Part shown: positions 51,550-64,000 of the stretch, one piece after another | Layout: each line of letters starts with the position of its first letter | Numbering within the stretch: position 1 is the stretch's first letter | Assembly (NCBI GenBank): GCA_013265495.1 | Contig: MU058669.1 | Coordinates: forward strand, 1,311,880 to 1,375,879 | DNA length: 64,000 nucleotides | Direction of reading: 5' to 3' | Origin: Vicugna vicugna | Taxonomy: Eukaryota | Made by a program: the position numbers and the translations under genes | The notes under the pieces: model-generated | Seen by the model: the letters and a program-made list of their open reading frames with translations, nothing else | The model's database searches: none | Told to the model about the DNA's origin: nothing

Positions 51550-52680
51550 ACTCTTATTCAGTGCTGAGCACTGTTTTGTAAGCATTTGCCATACATATGT
51601 TATTTGATTGAATCCTCACAAAACTCTTTTAGTACCTACCTCATTATTAAAAATATTCTTATTGTAAGGAAATTTGGCACAGAGAAGTTAAGTAACTTTC
51701 CTAAAGTCACACAGCTGGTAAATTGCTGGAATTCAAGTCCAGTGCCTGTGGAATAACTTATATTCTTGGCACTGTGCTTAATTGATGTGGATGATGATTT
51801 TTAAAACCTATGATTCTCATTCTACAAACAGTGGCTTAGAGAGTTTCAGTAACTTCAATAAATGGTAGAATGTGACCTTGAATGTTGACATCCTGACCCT
51901 TGTATCCATTCTCTTAATCACACTGTTCTGGAATCCAAGTCCCCGGACTCTTAAGCAGTGCTCCCAACAGGGCTGTAACATGCCGTGGAGCTGGGTGGTT
52001 GGATGAGGGGCATGGAAACAAGAAACAGTCCAAGAGATGCCATTACCAGAGTCCAAATAGGGCTCTAAAGGAGAAAGAACTGGTTTCTCTTTTCTTTCCC
52101 TCCCTTTCACGTACTTTGGTTGCAAGGTTAAGGGCTCTGTCCATATTGATGGTTATATTTTGTAATAACATTTTACAGAATAATTACCATTGTACTGGAG
52201 TTACTACTGAATGTTTATGGTAGCTATTATTCCTATTTTACAAATATGAAAATATCTAATATTTATCTGTTGGCCTCTACTATTATCTGGTAAAATCATT
52301 TGCACCAGTACTTTAGGCTTCCGAACCTAATTGTCAAGAATGTCTCTGGTTTGAACCTTGACTCTGCCACTTCCTAGCAAGTATAGACTTGAACATGTAT
52401 TTAACTTCATTGGGACTCAGTTTCTTACTATGTATGGAGTCAGTTATAGTAGTAGCCACCTGATAGGGTAGTTGAGGAAATTCAAGGAGATGCTGCATTG
52501 TCAGCATGTGAGTGATGCCTAGAATACAGGAAGTCTTCATAAGTGATAGCCTGTTATCCAGCCCCCCACCCTCCCCGAGGCAGGTGGAATCTTACGACTC
52601 ATCTCATTTTCTAGATCTGAGTAAGAAAGAGGCTGGTTCAAGGTCACACAGCAACTAGCAGTGCCTGAATCAAGGCTGCA
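51550..52680. mobile_element. Cluster of MIR SINEs in both orientations
   Basis: GCACAGAGAAGTTAAGTAACTTTCCTAAAGTCACACAGCT, CTCTGCCACTTCCTAGC...CTCAGTTTCTT and CAAGGTCACACAGCAACTAG cores. Confidence 0.65.
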
Positions 52681-54449
52681 CCTAGTTGATGTCATCCGTA
52701 GTAGAAATGGTAAGATGAATATAGTAATGTTCTCCTTTGAGAGTTGATGTGTATGCATCCGTTAGTGGGAAGACTGATGTAAAGGTTTAGCTGGCAGTTG
52801 CCTTCCAATTGCAGCCAAGAGAACTGATGGATTTCCTTGCCTCTAGGTAATGCTGATTCCAGTCTTTAAAGATGAATGAAGATTAGTGATTAGGGAGGAA
52901 TAACGCCAGGCAGAAGCCATGAACTTAGAAGCAGGGTCAAGAACATGTTGGATAAACCTGTTTGGGGAGCCATGATGTCCTTTAAGGGCTGTTGAGGCTT
53001 GTGCGATCATGTCACTAACACGTGGAGAGGCCCGTGCTGAGGTAACTCACTTTTTAATGGGACTTAGTACTTGATCACAGCTTTTCTACTCATTATTCTG
53101 GTTAAAATCCTGAGTTACATCATTAATTCCTATATATTTGCATTTCAGGAGTGAAATTTTTAAAAAAAGGAGAAAAGGAAATTCCTGACACTGGAGTTGC
53201 CAAATATTTTTTCCCCTCAACTAGAAGTTTTAATAACAAGAGCAAAACATAGTACCATTTATAGTTACTATGATTTTTATAAGAGGAAGAATATTTTAAC
53301 ACCCCAAATGTAGAAGAGTTTAGGATGAAGGATAGAGATTAAAAGAGAATGTTACTTTTATTTTAAAAACCTATCATTATTTTACTACTTTTATTCCTGG
53401 TGATGAAAAATTTGGGATGGACCAACCCTGACCCTAACCCAGTTTTAGGAATTACTAGACCAGAATCTGGAGATTCTTAAAGCCCCTCCCTCTCCCTTGG
53501 GTACATGGAAAAATAATGCGGTGAAGGTTTTCCCAATTCATATGCTCCTCTCTCCTGGGAGGTCCTACTGTGTGTCTTCCTGCTTGCTCTTCTTTTAATC
53601 TATCCATATGCTGTAGAGATATGTGGCCACTCAAACTACTGTTACTGACAGGATTGTCATACCTCCTGAGCAGTGTGTTTTTGTAGGAACACAAAACAGA
53701 ACCCCCTGAATGAATCTGTTGATAATCTAATCCAGGGGTTATGGATGGAAGTCCTTTTCAGGGGACCCTATGATTCATATCCATAGAATTTACCTAGTGC
53801 AGATGTTCAATGTTCTAAACAAGAGTGGCAGTGGACGGGGACAAGACCATGGAACTGTTTAGTACACCCTGCCCTCCAGCGTGCATGCTTCCTCCACCCT
53901 ATCGCCAAGTACTGGACAGAATCGTAAAATCTACCCCTTCAGGTTTAGGCTAGCTTTCTTTACCAGGTACTACTTTCTCCTGACCGGGAGCTGTGCTAGG
54001 CTTCATACGTCTTCTCTCCTTTGCTTATTCGGAACCACTCTGGCCATCTTCTCCCTCCCCCCAGATGAGGCCAGCGGGGCTCTGACGGGCCCAGTGCCTG
54101 TGTCACGCAGCCAGTATCCACTTGCTGATGCTCTTAGCCTGCATTGGTCTCGGGGGATGTTGATGTTCCATAACTCACGGAACACCTGCACATCTTACTC
54201 TCGTTTGTACTGAGCTTCTGTTCATCCTATTAAAACAACATTTCTTTCTCTGTCTCTGCCAATTTTCTCTCATCCACACGGAGTACCTGGATGGCCGACA
54301 GAGCATGGTAACAGAGCAGTTCCTGCTGTAGGCTCTTGAGTGGCCTTGGGAAGTTGCCCTCTCTGTGTCCTTGATTACGGAGTGTTAAACGAACTTCATA
54401 ACAGCATCTGCCTCATAGGGTTCTTGGGAGGCGAAATGGCTATACACCC

Positions 54450-54915
54450 TGTGGACAAATCATAATGCACAAGGTGAGAGCTGTGAGTTTTGGTTTTATT
54501 TGCAGGCTTACTGAGGGCTATAGCTTAGGAAGCCACCTCTCAGATAGCTCTGAGGAACTGCTCCAAAGAGGTGAGCAGGGAGGTCAGTATGTATGTGATT
54601 TTGATGAAGGGGGCATGTGCAATCAAGCACACATCTCAGTAGAAGGTTGCTGCTTGTCATGAGGAACGGATATTCTCAGTTAATGATTTTAATGCTTTCC
54701 TAAGTATGGGAAGATACAAGAATCCAGGGACATAAAATTTTTCTCCCGAAAATAACTATCTGAGGTCCTGTTCTGCCAGTTTTCTTGGAGCACAGTGTCT
54801 CCTTCCTAATTGCTGCCCTGAACTCCTTTCAGGATGTGTTGAAAGTCAGTGACCACAGTGACCAGTAACTTAATTCTTGTAGAACCAGAGGATAAGTGAC
54901 TTTTTTGAGCTGGCA
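54450..54915 (-). mobile_element. MER41_BT-like ERV1 solo LTR
   Basis: AATGCACAAGGTGAGAGCTGTGAG...CTCAGATAGCTCTGAGGAACTGCTCCAAAGAGG matches my recollection of artiodactyl MER41-like LTRs. TG...CA ends. Confidence 0.7.
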
Positions 54916-55140
54916 GCACGCAGCCCAATTTTTGACATCTTGAGCATCTTTCCTATTATCTCTTAGTTTATATAAAGTAGAAATTCAAAATATTAATTTG
55001 TAGATTTGCAAATCAATTGAATATACTAACTTATTGCATGTTGTGTACATTTCCTTCAAAACGTTTGGCAGTTTGTCTTATCCTGGCCTGTCCAAACACC
55101 TGGGAACATGTGCTGTTGTTTTTCTCCTTCTATTTTCTTT

Positions 55141-55897
55141 TTCTTTTTTTTAAATTGAAGTATAGTCAGTTACAATGTGTCAGTTTCTGATGTACAACAC
55201 AATGTCCCAGTCATGCATGTATATATACAATATTCATTCTCATACTCTTTTTCATTAAAGGTTATTACAAGGTATTGAATATAATTCCCTGTGCTATACA
55301 GAAGAAATGTGTTTTTGATCTATTTTTATATACAATGGTTATCATTTGCAAATCTCAAAATCCCAAATTTATCCCCTTCCCACCCCCTTTTCCCTGGTAA
55401 CCATAAGATTGTTTACTATGTCTGAGAGTCTGTTTCTGTTTTCTAGATGAGTTCTTTTTTTTTTTTTTTTTGATTCCACATATAAGTGATATCGTATGGT
55501 TTTTTTCTTTCTCTTTCTGGCTTATTTCACTTAGAATGACGATCTCCAGGTCCATCCATGTTACTTCAAATGGCATTATTTTATTCTTTTTTTTTTTTAA
55601 TCACTGGAAGAAATGTAGTTTGGTGCAGCCATTATGGAAAACAGTATGGAGATTCCTCAGGAAACTAAAAATAGACTTACCATATGATCCAGCAATCCTA
55701 CTCCTGGGTGTATACCTGGAAGGATCTCTAATTGGAAAACATACATGCACCCCGATATTCATAGCAGCAGTATATACAATAGCCAAGACATGGAAGCAAC
55801 CTCAATGCTCATCAACAGATAACTAGATAAAGAGGTTGTGAAATATTTATACAGTGGAATATTACTCAGAGATAAAAAAGAATAAAATAATGCCATT
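55141..55897 (-). mobile_element. Camelid L1 with 5' inversion (twin priming)
   Basis: The 3' part is on - (to about 55600) and an inverted ORF2 end is on + ([26 protein letters not shown]). TSD at 55125-55140 and 55898-55913 (14/16 identical). Confidence 0.85.
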
Positions 55898-56396
55898 TCC
55901 TCCCATTTTCTTTATCACAATGATTTTGTACCTGAGCTTTGAAGAAGTGTGAAAGATTTCCTGGTTTTCCTAAGACATGGGTCTTGCAAAATTGCTAGAA
56001 ACAAAAGCAAAGAGGAGAAGTGAGCCTGGTGTGGTGAAGAAAGTCTTGATGCTGTATACTCAAGCCCCGGTCAGTACTCTGAGGGCAGTAAGCACTCAGT
56101 CATGAACTGAATGAATGGCTGGAAAAATTGTGCACACATGAGGATGTTTCAGTCAAGGAATTATAACTGGGCCTCGGTGTATGCAGCACCATGTTTTTTC
56201 TAGAATATGTTATATTTGCTGGTTAAAACTCCTGAATGAGTGGCTGAAGACAGCCAGAAGTGAAATACAGGTGTACTAGTCACCAGGCCAAAAGTAGGAG
56301 ATGCCCATCTTTTGCATTGCTTTGTGTGTATGTTGATTGCTTTTTCTATGTAAAACAATACAAGCTTGTGGAAATGAAACGTTACAGATAATACCA

Positions 56397-56953
56397 TAGA
56401 GGAGGGGGAAATGTTTTTCTACTCTTCTAGGTTCTTGCTGGTCTAAGAATTAAATTGATATGAGATAGAGTAACAGGAGAAAAATCAAACAAAATTTAAT
56501 AACATATATACATGGAAGAGACCCACAAAACTGAGTAATTCACCAAAATGGCTGAAACCTTCAGCTTAAACACCATGGTCAGCTATAGAGAAAGGCTGAA
56601 GGAGGCTTTTGAGGGTAGGGGTTTGGGATTTATAAAGGGGCAGAAGGCAGCTTACATGGAGATGAATATGCAAAGCTTTGTTAAGTAAATGCTGGCTGGG
56701 CCATGCAGAGACAATGGGACTGAGAGGACTCTGGTCTCTAGGCCAGGCTCCCCCCATACACTAGCTTGTATTCACTGCAGACATCTCGGGTGATAAAGAG
56801 CCTGCTGGAGGAAGAGCTGTTGAAACTCCTCAGGCAGTTAAGAGGAAGGTTGAAGTTTCTTCCTGAGTCTTTTGAGCCGTGATTGTTTTCCCCGCTCAAA
56901 ATAATCAGCATGTCAAACAGACACTTTGGGGTAGCAAGTTTTGTTTCTCTGTA
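56397..56953 (-). mobile_element. ERV1 solo LTR related to 2859-3577
   Basis: Shared CTTCTAGGTTCTT...AAGAATTAAA...CAGGAGAAAAATCAAA block and similar TTGGGG terminal region. Confidence 0.65.
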
Positions 56954-59439
56954 ATAAACCTGTACTTGTCTAAGTTATTTTCATTGGCTGACCTTTCAAT
57001 AGCATGGAAGCTCTTTCAACTTTTTTTTTTTTTTTTTTAAGATTTTCCAAAGCCTCCAAAATAGATCTGGGCCCACTTTGGTAGCTCAGTATATGAATAG
57101 AGGAAAATTATCACTAGAAGAGCAAATGTTCATCCAAGTGGGAGACTTTGTATCAACTGTTAAAATTGTAGACTTGGGAGTAGAGCAGAGACCCTCCTCC
57201 AGCAGTGCCTAATTCTGTGATTGTGTGATTGTGGCTCAAAATTCTTTGAGCCTCTTTTGCCTCATTTGTAAAATGGTGATAATAATACGTACTTTACAGA
57301 GCCGAGGGGAAGAATCAATGGGATGAGAAGATTATTTGAAGCCCTTAGCACAACGCCAGACACGTTGTAGAATCCAACTGCAGAGCAGCTGGTGACAGCC
57401 ATGCTTACCCGTCTTCGGCTGGATTTATTCTTTCCCTGTCCCTCTGAACCTGTAACCATGACCAGTGAGGTTTCATGAGCTCTTAGCTCGCCTTTAGGAA
57501 GTAGACATGCTAATATTTAATACCTCACAAATCATACAGGAATTCTTGAGATAAAATGAAAGAACTTTCAGCAGAGAAAAGTTAATTTGGAAATAGTTTA
57601 CAATTGTGAGCCAACTCATAATTACTTGCAGGTGACATTCATTCTGTATCAGCTGAAAAATCTCAGAATTCCTCTCTCAGCTTTTAACACACATCCTATC
57701 TTCCAGCTCTCCACTGGGTAGAAATTAATTTAAATCAGAAAGTTAAATAATTGGGAGAGACAGCTAATAGATCCCTAGAACTAACATTCTTTGGCAACAA
57801 ATTTGGGTTTACTTTGAGTTTAGAAATCATTGTGACAGAAGAGATTGTTGGATTGGATGATGGTGACAATGGCTGTATTGAATAAATGAATGAGTAAAAT
57901 GAGTTTCTTAGACCTTGGACTAGTTGCCAATTGAGGTCTCTTCTAAATATGAGAAAGAATCTGTAAGCCTTAGTTTCTCTGCTTAAAAAAAAAAGTTTAA
58001 ATTAATGAAAAAAATACAGAAATCAAGAGATGAAATAAAGCAAAGAACATGTAACTTCCTTTTCTTCCTTGCACCTGACAAAGCCACAGGAAAGAGAAGA
58101 AGTAGATTCTCTGCAGGGAAAATTGGCCTCACTTTTCTCTGCTAATGCACATTAGTCCCCTACAGAGGAACTCTGAGTTTTCCAGCGGTGTACATTTGCA
58201 CAGCTGGGCTCAGATTGTCTTTCTCAGTGCAGTAGTACTCAAACTAACGCTAATAAAATAAAGCTGGAAATGACGTGCCACTCCTTGGAACCTCATTCCT
58301 GTGTCCTTAGCCGTTGTCTTTAGGGTCCTCCACCTGCTACCAAGGAGACCCAGAGGAACCCTGTGTCCTCAGCTTATGAAAGGATATTTGCATCTGAAGA
58401 TAGGTCTCTTGAATTTGTCTCTTGCCTTAAGAGATTCCTAAAGCCAGACTGGCCTGTGAGTTTTAAGTTACTCTTTTTCTTGAGCAAGTTAAGGTTGTGT
58501 TTCCAGTCCCTTGCAACCAAAGTTTTAACTGATGAAAGCGCCATCTGTGTGTTGGGTCATGGCTGAGGCTCTGGGAGTTCTATGGAAATGAACGACTGTT
58601 GCATGTGTCCCCATGGCATACGTGGTTTAGAGGAACAGACGCATGAATTGGGGAAGCAAATTTGTGAATGCGTATTTCCTGAACATCTACTGTTTAAAAA
58701 AAAAAGTAGCATTCAGTTTGATGAGAATTTGGAGCAGATTGGAAGAGAACAGTAGTAAAGACTTTCTTGAGGAAGTAATACGTACACATAAATCTACAGA
58801 ATAACTAGAAATTAAATAGGTAAGCAGAAAAGGCAAGAAAATAACAAAGAGCGGAAACAGCACAGGTGGGAGAAACATGGCGTAAATCCCCCATGGTAGG
58901 AGGAACCAGGCATGGTCAGGGATGGGAAGGAGGTCTGTGGAGCAGGATGTGACAAGAGGCACAGTGGTTGGGGTGATGATGGCTAGAGAGATGCGTAGAT
59001 CTCTCTACTTGATGATGGCTGGCAGAGCCTGCAAGACCTTGAAGACTATTTTAAGGAGTTTTGTCTTTTATTGTAAGAATAGTAAAAAGGTTTATAGGCC
59101 ATGCTCTTAAATTGTAACTTGGAGGCTCCTAGAGGCAAAAGTTTTGTCTAAGGTTGCATATCCCTCATAACAGCAAATTTCGGTCCAGACCCCACGCCTC
59201 TGACTCTCAGGTGACCTACAGAAAAAAACCGCTCATAGTCCATAGGTGATTGACACATCCCAGTAAGACAAAGGCCTTAAATGGACTTGAAAAAATCACA
59301 CCGTTGCCTTGGATATACATTCCCAACAGAAAACAAATTATACCTGTCAAAATTTTATGTATGAACTTAATATAATTACACATACAACGTCGACTCTGAC
59401 TTCTAAAAACACCTGTCTACCAACAGTTTAATAAGTGAT

Positions 59440-59995
59440 ACCCTTACAATGTCACCCTCATTAGGATGGTTATTATTTAAAAAAAAATAAGTGCTGGTAA
59501 AGATGTAGAGAAATTAGTAGTCTTGTGCATTGCTAGCAGGAATGGAAAATATTGCAGCTGTTGTGAAAAACTGTCTGGAAAACTGTGTGGCAGTTCCTCA
59601 AAAACTTAATAGAATTGCCACATGATCGAGTAGTTCCACTTTTAGGCAAATACTCCAAAGAAATGAAAGCAAGGATTTGAACACAGATTTGCATGCTGAT
59701 GTTCATAGCAGCATTATTCACAATAGCCGAGAAATGGGAACATCCCAAAGTTGAACAGTTGAATGGGTAAACAGAATGTGGTCTGGACATACAGTGGAAT
59801 ATTATTGAGCCTTATGAGAGAAAGAAATTCTGATACGTGCTACAATATGAATGAACCTTGAAAACATTGTGCTAAGTCAAATGAGTCTTAAAACCAAACA
59901 GATATGGTAGGATTTCACTTACATGAGATACCTAGAATAGTCAAGTTCATAGACCATAGAACAGTGGTTACCAGAGGCTAGGGGAAGGGGGAAGT
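59440..59995 (+). mobile_element. L1MA/L1MB-type ORF2 end and 3'UTR
   Basis: GGCAGTTCCTCAAAAACTTAATAGAATTGCCACATGATC, ATAGCAGCATTATTCACAATAGCC and GTGGTTACCAGAGGCT. Confidence 0.8.
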
Positions 59996-60121
59996 TATAA
60001 AGGATGTCATTTCTCCAATACAGAAGACAGCACTATTAAAATTTTTTTTGTTAATAGAAGGAGGCGGCTGGAGGGAATAAAAGCTGGTCATTAGCTTACA
60101 TGGTTGTTTGTACATGTATAT

Positions 60122-60190
60122 ACAAAAATATAAAAGGACTACAAAAAGTTCTGCCGAAGGAATGTTTTTGTAGTCCTTTTATATTTTTGT
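60122..60190. repeat. Perfect 26-bp inverted repeat with 17-nt spacer
   Basis: ACAAAAATATAAAAGGACTACAAAAA (60122-60147) is the exact reverse complement of 60165-60190. Confidence 0.95.
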
Positions 60191-61898
60191 TTGTTAAAAA
60201 AGTGCATGAATAAATATAGCGTGTGGTTTTAGACTTCTGTAACACTGAGATGATCTTTACAGAAGTAACTTTAAAACTCAAATGTTTTATTTGGACACTT
60301 ACATATCCCTGGGTCAGAAGTGTGTTTTCATTGGAGATTATTTACGTAGTTATATATGGTTCCAGATCAGCTTTGTCTTGGGTGTTCTGTACTGGAGTTC
60401 CCTCATCTTGGTTTCCTATCTTTGAAGGTCAGACTCCTGGAGACAAGTTGACCCAGGGAAGCAGCAAAATGCGCACTGGCTATTTCTGGGCAGAGTGTCT
60501 GCTCCGAGCTGGTCTGCTGTCCAAGATGAGCAGGAGTGTGAACAGTGCTTCGCATCCTAGCGGGTAAGCATTGAGTTTCTCATGGCAGTGTCTGTATTAG
60601 GAGACACCTCTGTCCGCTCAGGTGTTTTTGAGAGGACGTGTGTTCTCAGCCTCTCATCAGAGTAGGAGCCCTGGTGGGCCTGGCCCCACTTAGACCGTGG
60701 CTCTTGGAGGGGAACACGGTACTCCCAAGTCTAATTGGATAAGCACGGAATGGAGGACTGTCGTGACCTCCTTTGTTCTAGTCACTGTATGTTTCTTCAT
60801 ATAACTTTCAGCTTTTATGAAAGCCACTAGTAATTCTGCTTATTTCTCATTTAAAACTTAAACTTAATCTTCTCATTTCCCTGTTGAAACTCCTGTGTCA
60901 GTCCACTGTTCTTAGGAATAAAATAAAAAATTCTTCATGTAGTCTTCAGGGAAAGAGTTTGGGGTAACAGAAAAGACCGTCCATGCATTTATTTTTAACC
61001 ATCCTCTTTACTCTTCCTACACAATTTTATGTGCTTGGCTCCTTCGGCCTTCATGACTCTTCCTGAAACCACTAACACATTAAAATGGGCACTTTGAATC
61101 ATAATAAAAATACCCCTAATAAAGCACTTTGAGAGTCTCAATTTTCCCTTTGGGGGGCATTCCACTTCTGTAACTGAATTCTCTGTCTCCAGATTGTGAC
61201 ACCTGGGAGAAAATAGAGTGTTTTAAGCAAGTGCATTACGTCCTTTCCCTCCTCCCCTCCTTCCCTTAATAATGCTTAAACCCATTACTGTCTCTGGGGA
61301 AACCATCTGGTAATAAGCATCTCTGGCAATGAAAAGACTGTGTAACCTCCCGGTGGAAACTGTATCATTTAAAAGTTTTGAATTCAAGTACTCATTTGTT
61401 TTTAGGAAGCCTCTTGCTCAGCCCTCTGCTAGATTCAGCTGTGAGGTGGGGCTTCCAAAGCTATGCTTGCTCCCAAGTAATAGCCTTCAGTGTTACGTAA
61501 CAACAGTGATGTCACAGGTTTGTGTACAGTTTAAGAAGGACTTTGATGTATATTATCCCTCTAATCCTTTGAACAGTTCTTTCAAGGCTGTTCAGGAATC
61601 AACACGCCTATTTTACAGTAACTTGAGTCTTAAGTAAGTGGTTTGCTCCAGAATTCACTACTGGTAGAAATAAGGGTGATCATAGATGGAGTCCTTCTGA
61701 CTCCTAGGCTTTTGTGACTTTTGGATGTAGTATTTAATGCTTTGTTTTGACTGATTATAAAAGTAATATATTCGTTGCAGAAAATAAAAGAGAAAATAGG
61801 AAAGGATCGAGGTGAAAATTAGAAATGCTTTCATTCCCACCATCTAGTGAGCTGCTCTGAACCTTTTAGTGTAATTCCTTCCAAGTTGTCCTGTATGG

Positions 61899-61918
61899 GT
61901 GTGTGTGTGTGTGTGTGT
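61899..61918. repeat. (GT)10 microsatellite
   Basis: Direct count. Confidence 0.9.
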
Positions 61919-63059
61919 AGTTCTGTGTATGTAAATGCTCACAAAATTGGGATCCTGTTTCATTGCAACTGAATGAGAGCAGGTGTGCTCCCATGGTAAT
62001 GGAGCTCTCTCAGTGTGTGATGTAAATTGCGTCTCGTTTTCGCGTCTGTGAAGAAGGAAGGAACTGATTAGGGCTGGCGAAATTCAACCTGTTTTTATTA
62101 TCTTGCAATTTCAGAGAAAATATACCTGGGAACCTGAAACCAGAGGGAGAGAAATACCTGATCTATCAGGGCCAAGGAGAGAGAACAAAAATCAGCCAAG
62201 CAGACTTGATTGAGGATGATGAAATGTCACGGCAGGTGGTTTCACTAGCGTTCCAGACACGGAGGGGTCTCCTGGCGGGCTGCAGAGTAGACCGTGCAGT
62301 TTGGCATTGAGCATTGGCGGGGAGAGGCAAGGAAGGGGTGTTATGTAGATTGACGCCTCAGGCTTTGAAGCTCAACACACTAGGGTCTGCAGTTCTCTCC
62401 ACCCTAATAACAGTACAGGAGTCTCTGAGCCCTCGTTGTCTCCTCTGTCAAATGGGGATCAGTATGCCACTGATGTAAACCCGCTGATGGTGCATGACGT
62501 ATAGACTGCAATTAGAACATGGAAACGTTAAACACGTCAGGTCATCACACCCTTGGTAGGGTGACATGTCTGGCTGCTTTTGTTGGACTTTGAGGAAGAC
62601 CTCCTGCTGCCTTGGTTTGTTGAAGTTCCTGGATTCTCCGGTACCTGTTTGTCCTTACTGTGCAGATGCTGCCTTGGAGGCAGTCTCTGCCCGCACCCCT
62701 CCCACATCTACCCAGCCAGGTCTGCTGAGTCAACCCAGAGCGCCTTTATGAAGGACCTGCAGTGTGGTGTCTGCTGGGGCAGGCCCTCTGGGTTTAAAAG
62801 GAGAAATAAGACTATGTCTCTTCTCCCCAGGAGTGCAGGCACAAATAAACAAAACCCACGTGGAAGATGGAAAGCGTTGTGCACGTGTCTGTTGTAGGCT
62901 CACCAGGTCCTATGGGACTCACACCTTGCTTTGGAAGGTGGGGGAGGGGGCAAGAGCATCTCTTCCTGCCCCTTCAGACATATTCAGGAAGAGGGGAGCT
63001 GGCACGCAGTACACCAGAAGCTGATTTAAAAGCCTAAGCACATCATTTTTCTCTATACA

Positions 63060-63062
<3 letters not shown>

Positions 63063-63136
<74 letters not shown>
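63063..63136. repeat. (AC)37 microsatellite
   Basis: 74 uninterrupted nt. Confidence 0.95.
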
Positions 63137-63138
<2 letters not shown>

Positions 63139-63225
63139 CCCTGCAGGTTCAGACGATTGTTGCTTGCTGCCCCTGTGGGGAGGTGAGGGTAGAGGGTCTT
63201 TGGGGAACTGGAGCATGTATGGTTC

Positions 63226-63876
63226 TGATGCAGGAAAAATGGTTGTGGGGTGTGAGGAAGGCCATGTCCCAGGTCTCGGCTGAGCCCCTGGGACCTGCCC
63301 CGCCAAGTGTGGGTCCTTGGCTTCACGCAGGAAAGAATCCAAGAGTGAGCCACAGTTGAGTAAAGGTAGATTTATTTAGAGAGATACATACTACATAGAG
63401 TGCAGGCTGTTTCAGAAGGTGAGAGAAAGGCCACAAGGTGTGAGAGTTGGGTGATCAGGTTAAATTAAAAGTAGGTACACACTCCACAGACAGACTACGG
63501 GCCGTCTCCAGAAAGGAGGAGAGGCGACAGTAGAGGGCAGTGTTGCCAATTTTTATGGGCTTCGTAGTTTCATATGCTAATAAGTGGAAGGACCAGTCTA
63601 ACTACTCCGGGGTAGGGGGCGGGATTCCCAGGAAGTTGGCCATTTCCCACTCTTTGACCTTTTGTGGCTAGGCTTAGGACTGTCACGGTGCCTGTGGGCA
63701 TGTTATTCACCATGCTAATATGTTACAGTAAGCATATAATGAAGCTCAAGGTCTACTAGAAGTCAAGTCTCCTATCTTGAGCCTCAGGGCCTACTGGGGG
63801 TTGAATCTTTCGCCATCCTGGTGTTAATTGCTGTGTTGTTCCTTGAATGGCTGTGCCCTGCCCCCTTCCTGTCTCA
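63226..63876 (-). mobile_element. ERV1-like solo LTR (651 bp), same family as 33992-34636
   Basis: TGATGCAGG...CCTGTCTCA termini, flanks GTTC/GTTG, and long identical blocks shared with the first copy (GGCCATGTCCCAGGTCTCGGCTGAGCCCCTGGGACCTGCCCC). Confidence 0.85.
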
Positions 63877-64000
63877 GTTGGGCCACTCAGGGTGGCTGTT
63901 CTCTTGCTCTGCTCCCCCAGTGCCTGCTTCACCCACATCTACTGGCATGACTGACCTTCCTAACCATAGGCCCCAGGCCCCAGCTAGTGATTGTTCTTAC

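Noticed and set aside
62115..62235. Acceptor-like TTTCAG followed by an open frame (ENIPGNLKPEGEKYLIYQ...)
   Set aside because: Weak donor (CAG|GTGGTT), no recognisable protein, and a stop when joined in phase to the 28455 exon.
62919..63353. ORFs with poly(CV) stretches
   Set aside because: They are translations of the (AC)37 microsatellite plus LTR sequence.
33992..63876. The two related LTRs as ends of a single provirus
   Set aside because: They are 29 kb apart, have different flanks (CGTA/TATA vs GTTC/GTTG) and are visibly diverged. The interval holds older MIR/L2 DNA and no gag/pol/env.

Overview
Mammalian non-coding DNA, very probably from a camelid (camel, alpaca or llama). The evidence is a Vic-1-type tRNA-derived SINE, camelid-style L1 3' ends, and Tigger2a_Art-like and MER41_BT-like elements. 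No protein-coding exon could be recognised. ORFs in the track are short chance frames or decayed L1 ORF2 fragments. The window looks like intron(s) of a large + strand gene that I cannot name. This is inferred from a first-exon-like segment with a strong donor at 28455 and from the mostly antisense orientation of young L1s and LTRs. It is dense in old MIR, L2, MLT1 and MER repeats, interspersed with apparently repeat-free enhancer-like blocks. I found no convincing novel multi-gene system. The most notable structures are a perfect 26-bp inverted repeat of pre-miRNA size (60122-60190), a SINE-L1 chimera inside one TSD pair, two twin-primed inverted L1s, a probable L1 3' transduction, two solo LTRs of one family carrying STAT/NF-kB-like motifs, and candidate alternative promoters and non-coding exons. 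Repeat family names come from my recollection of consensus sequences, not from a database search. Boundaries of old repeats are approximate.
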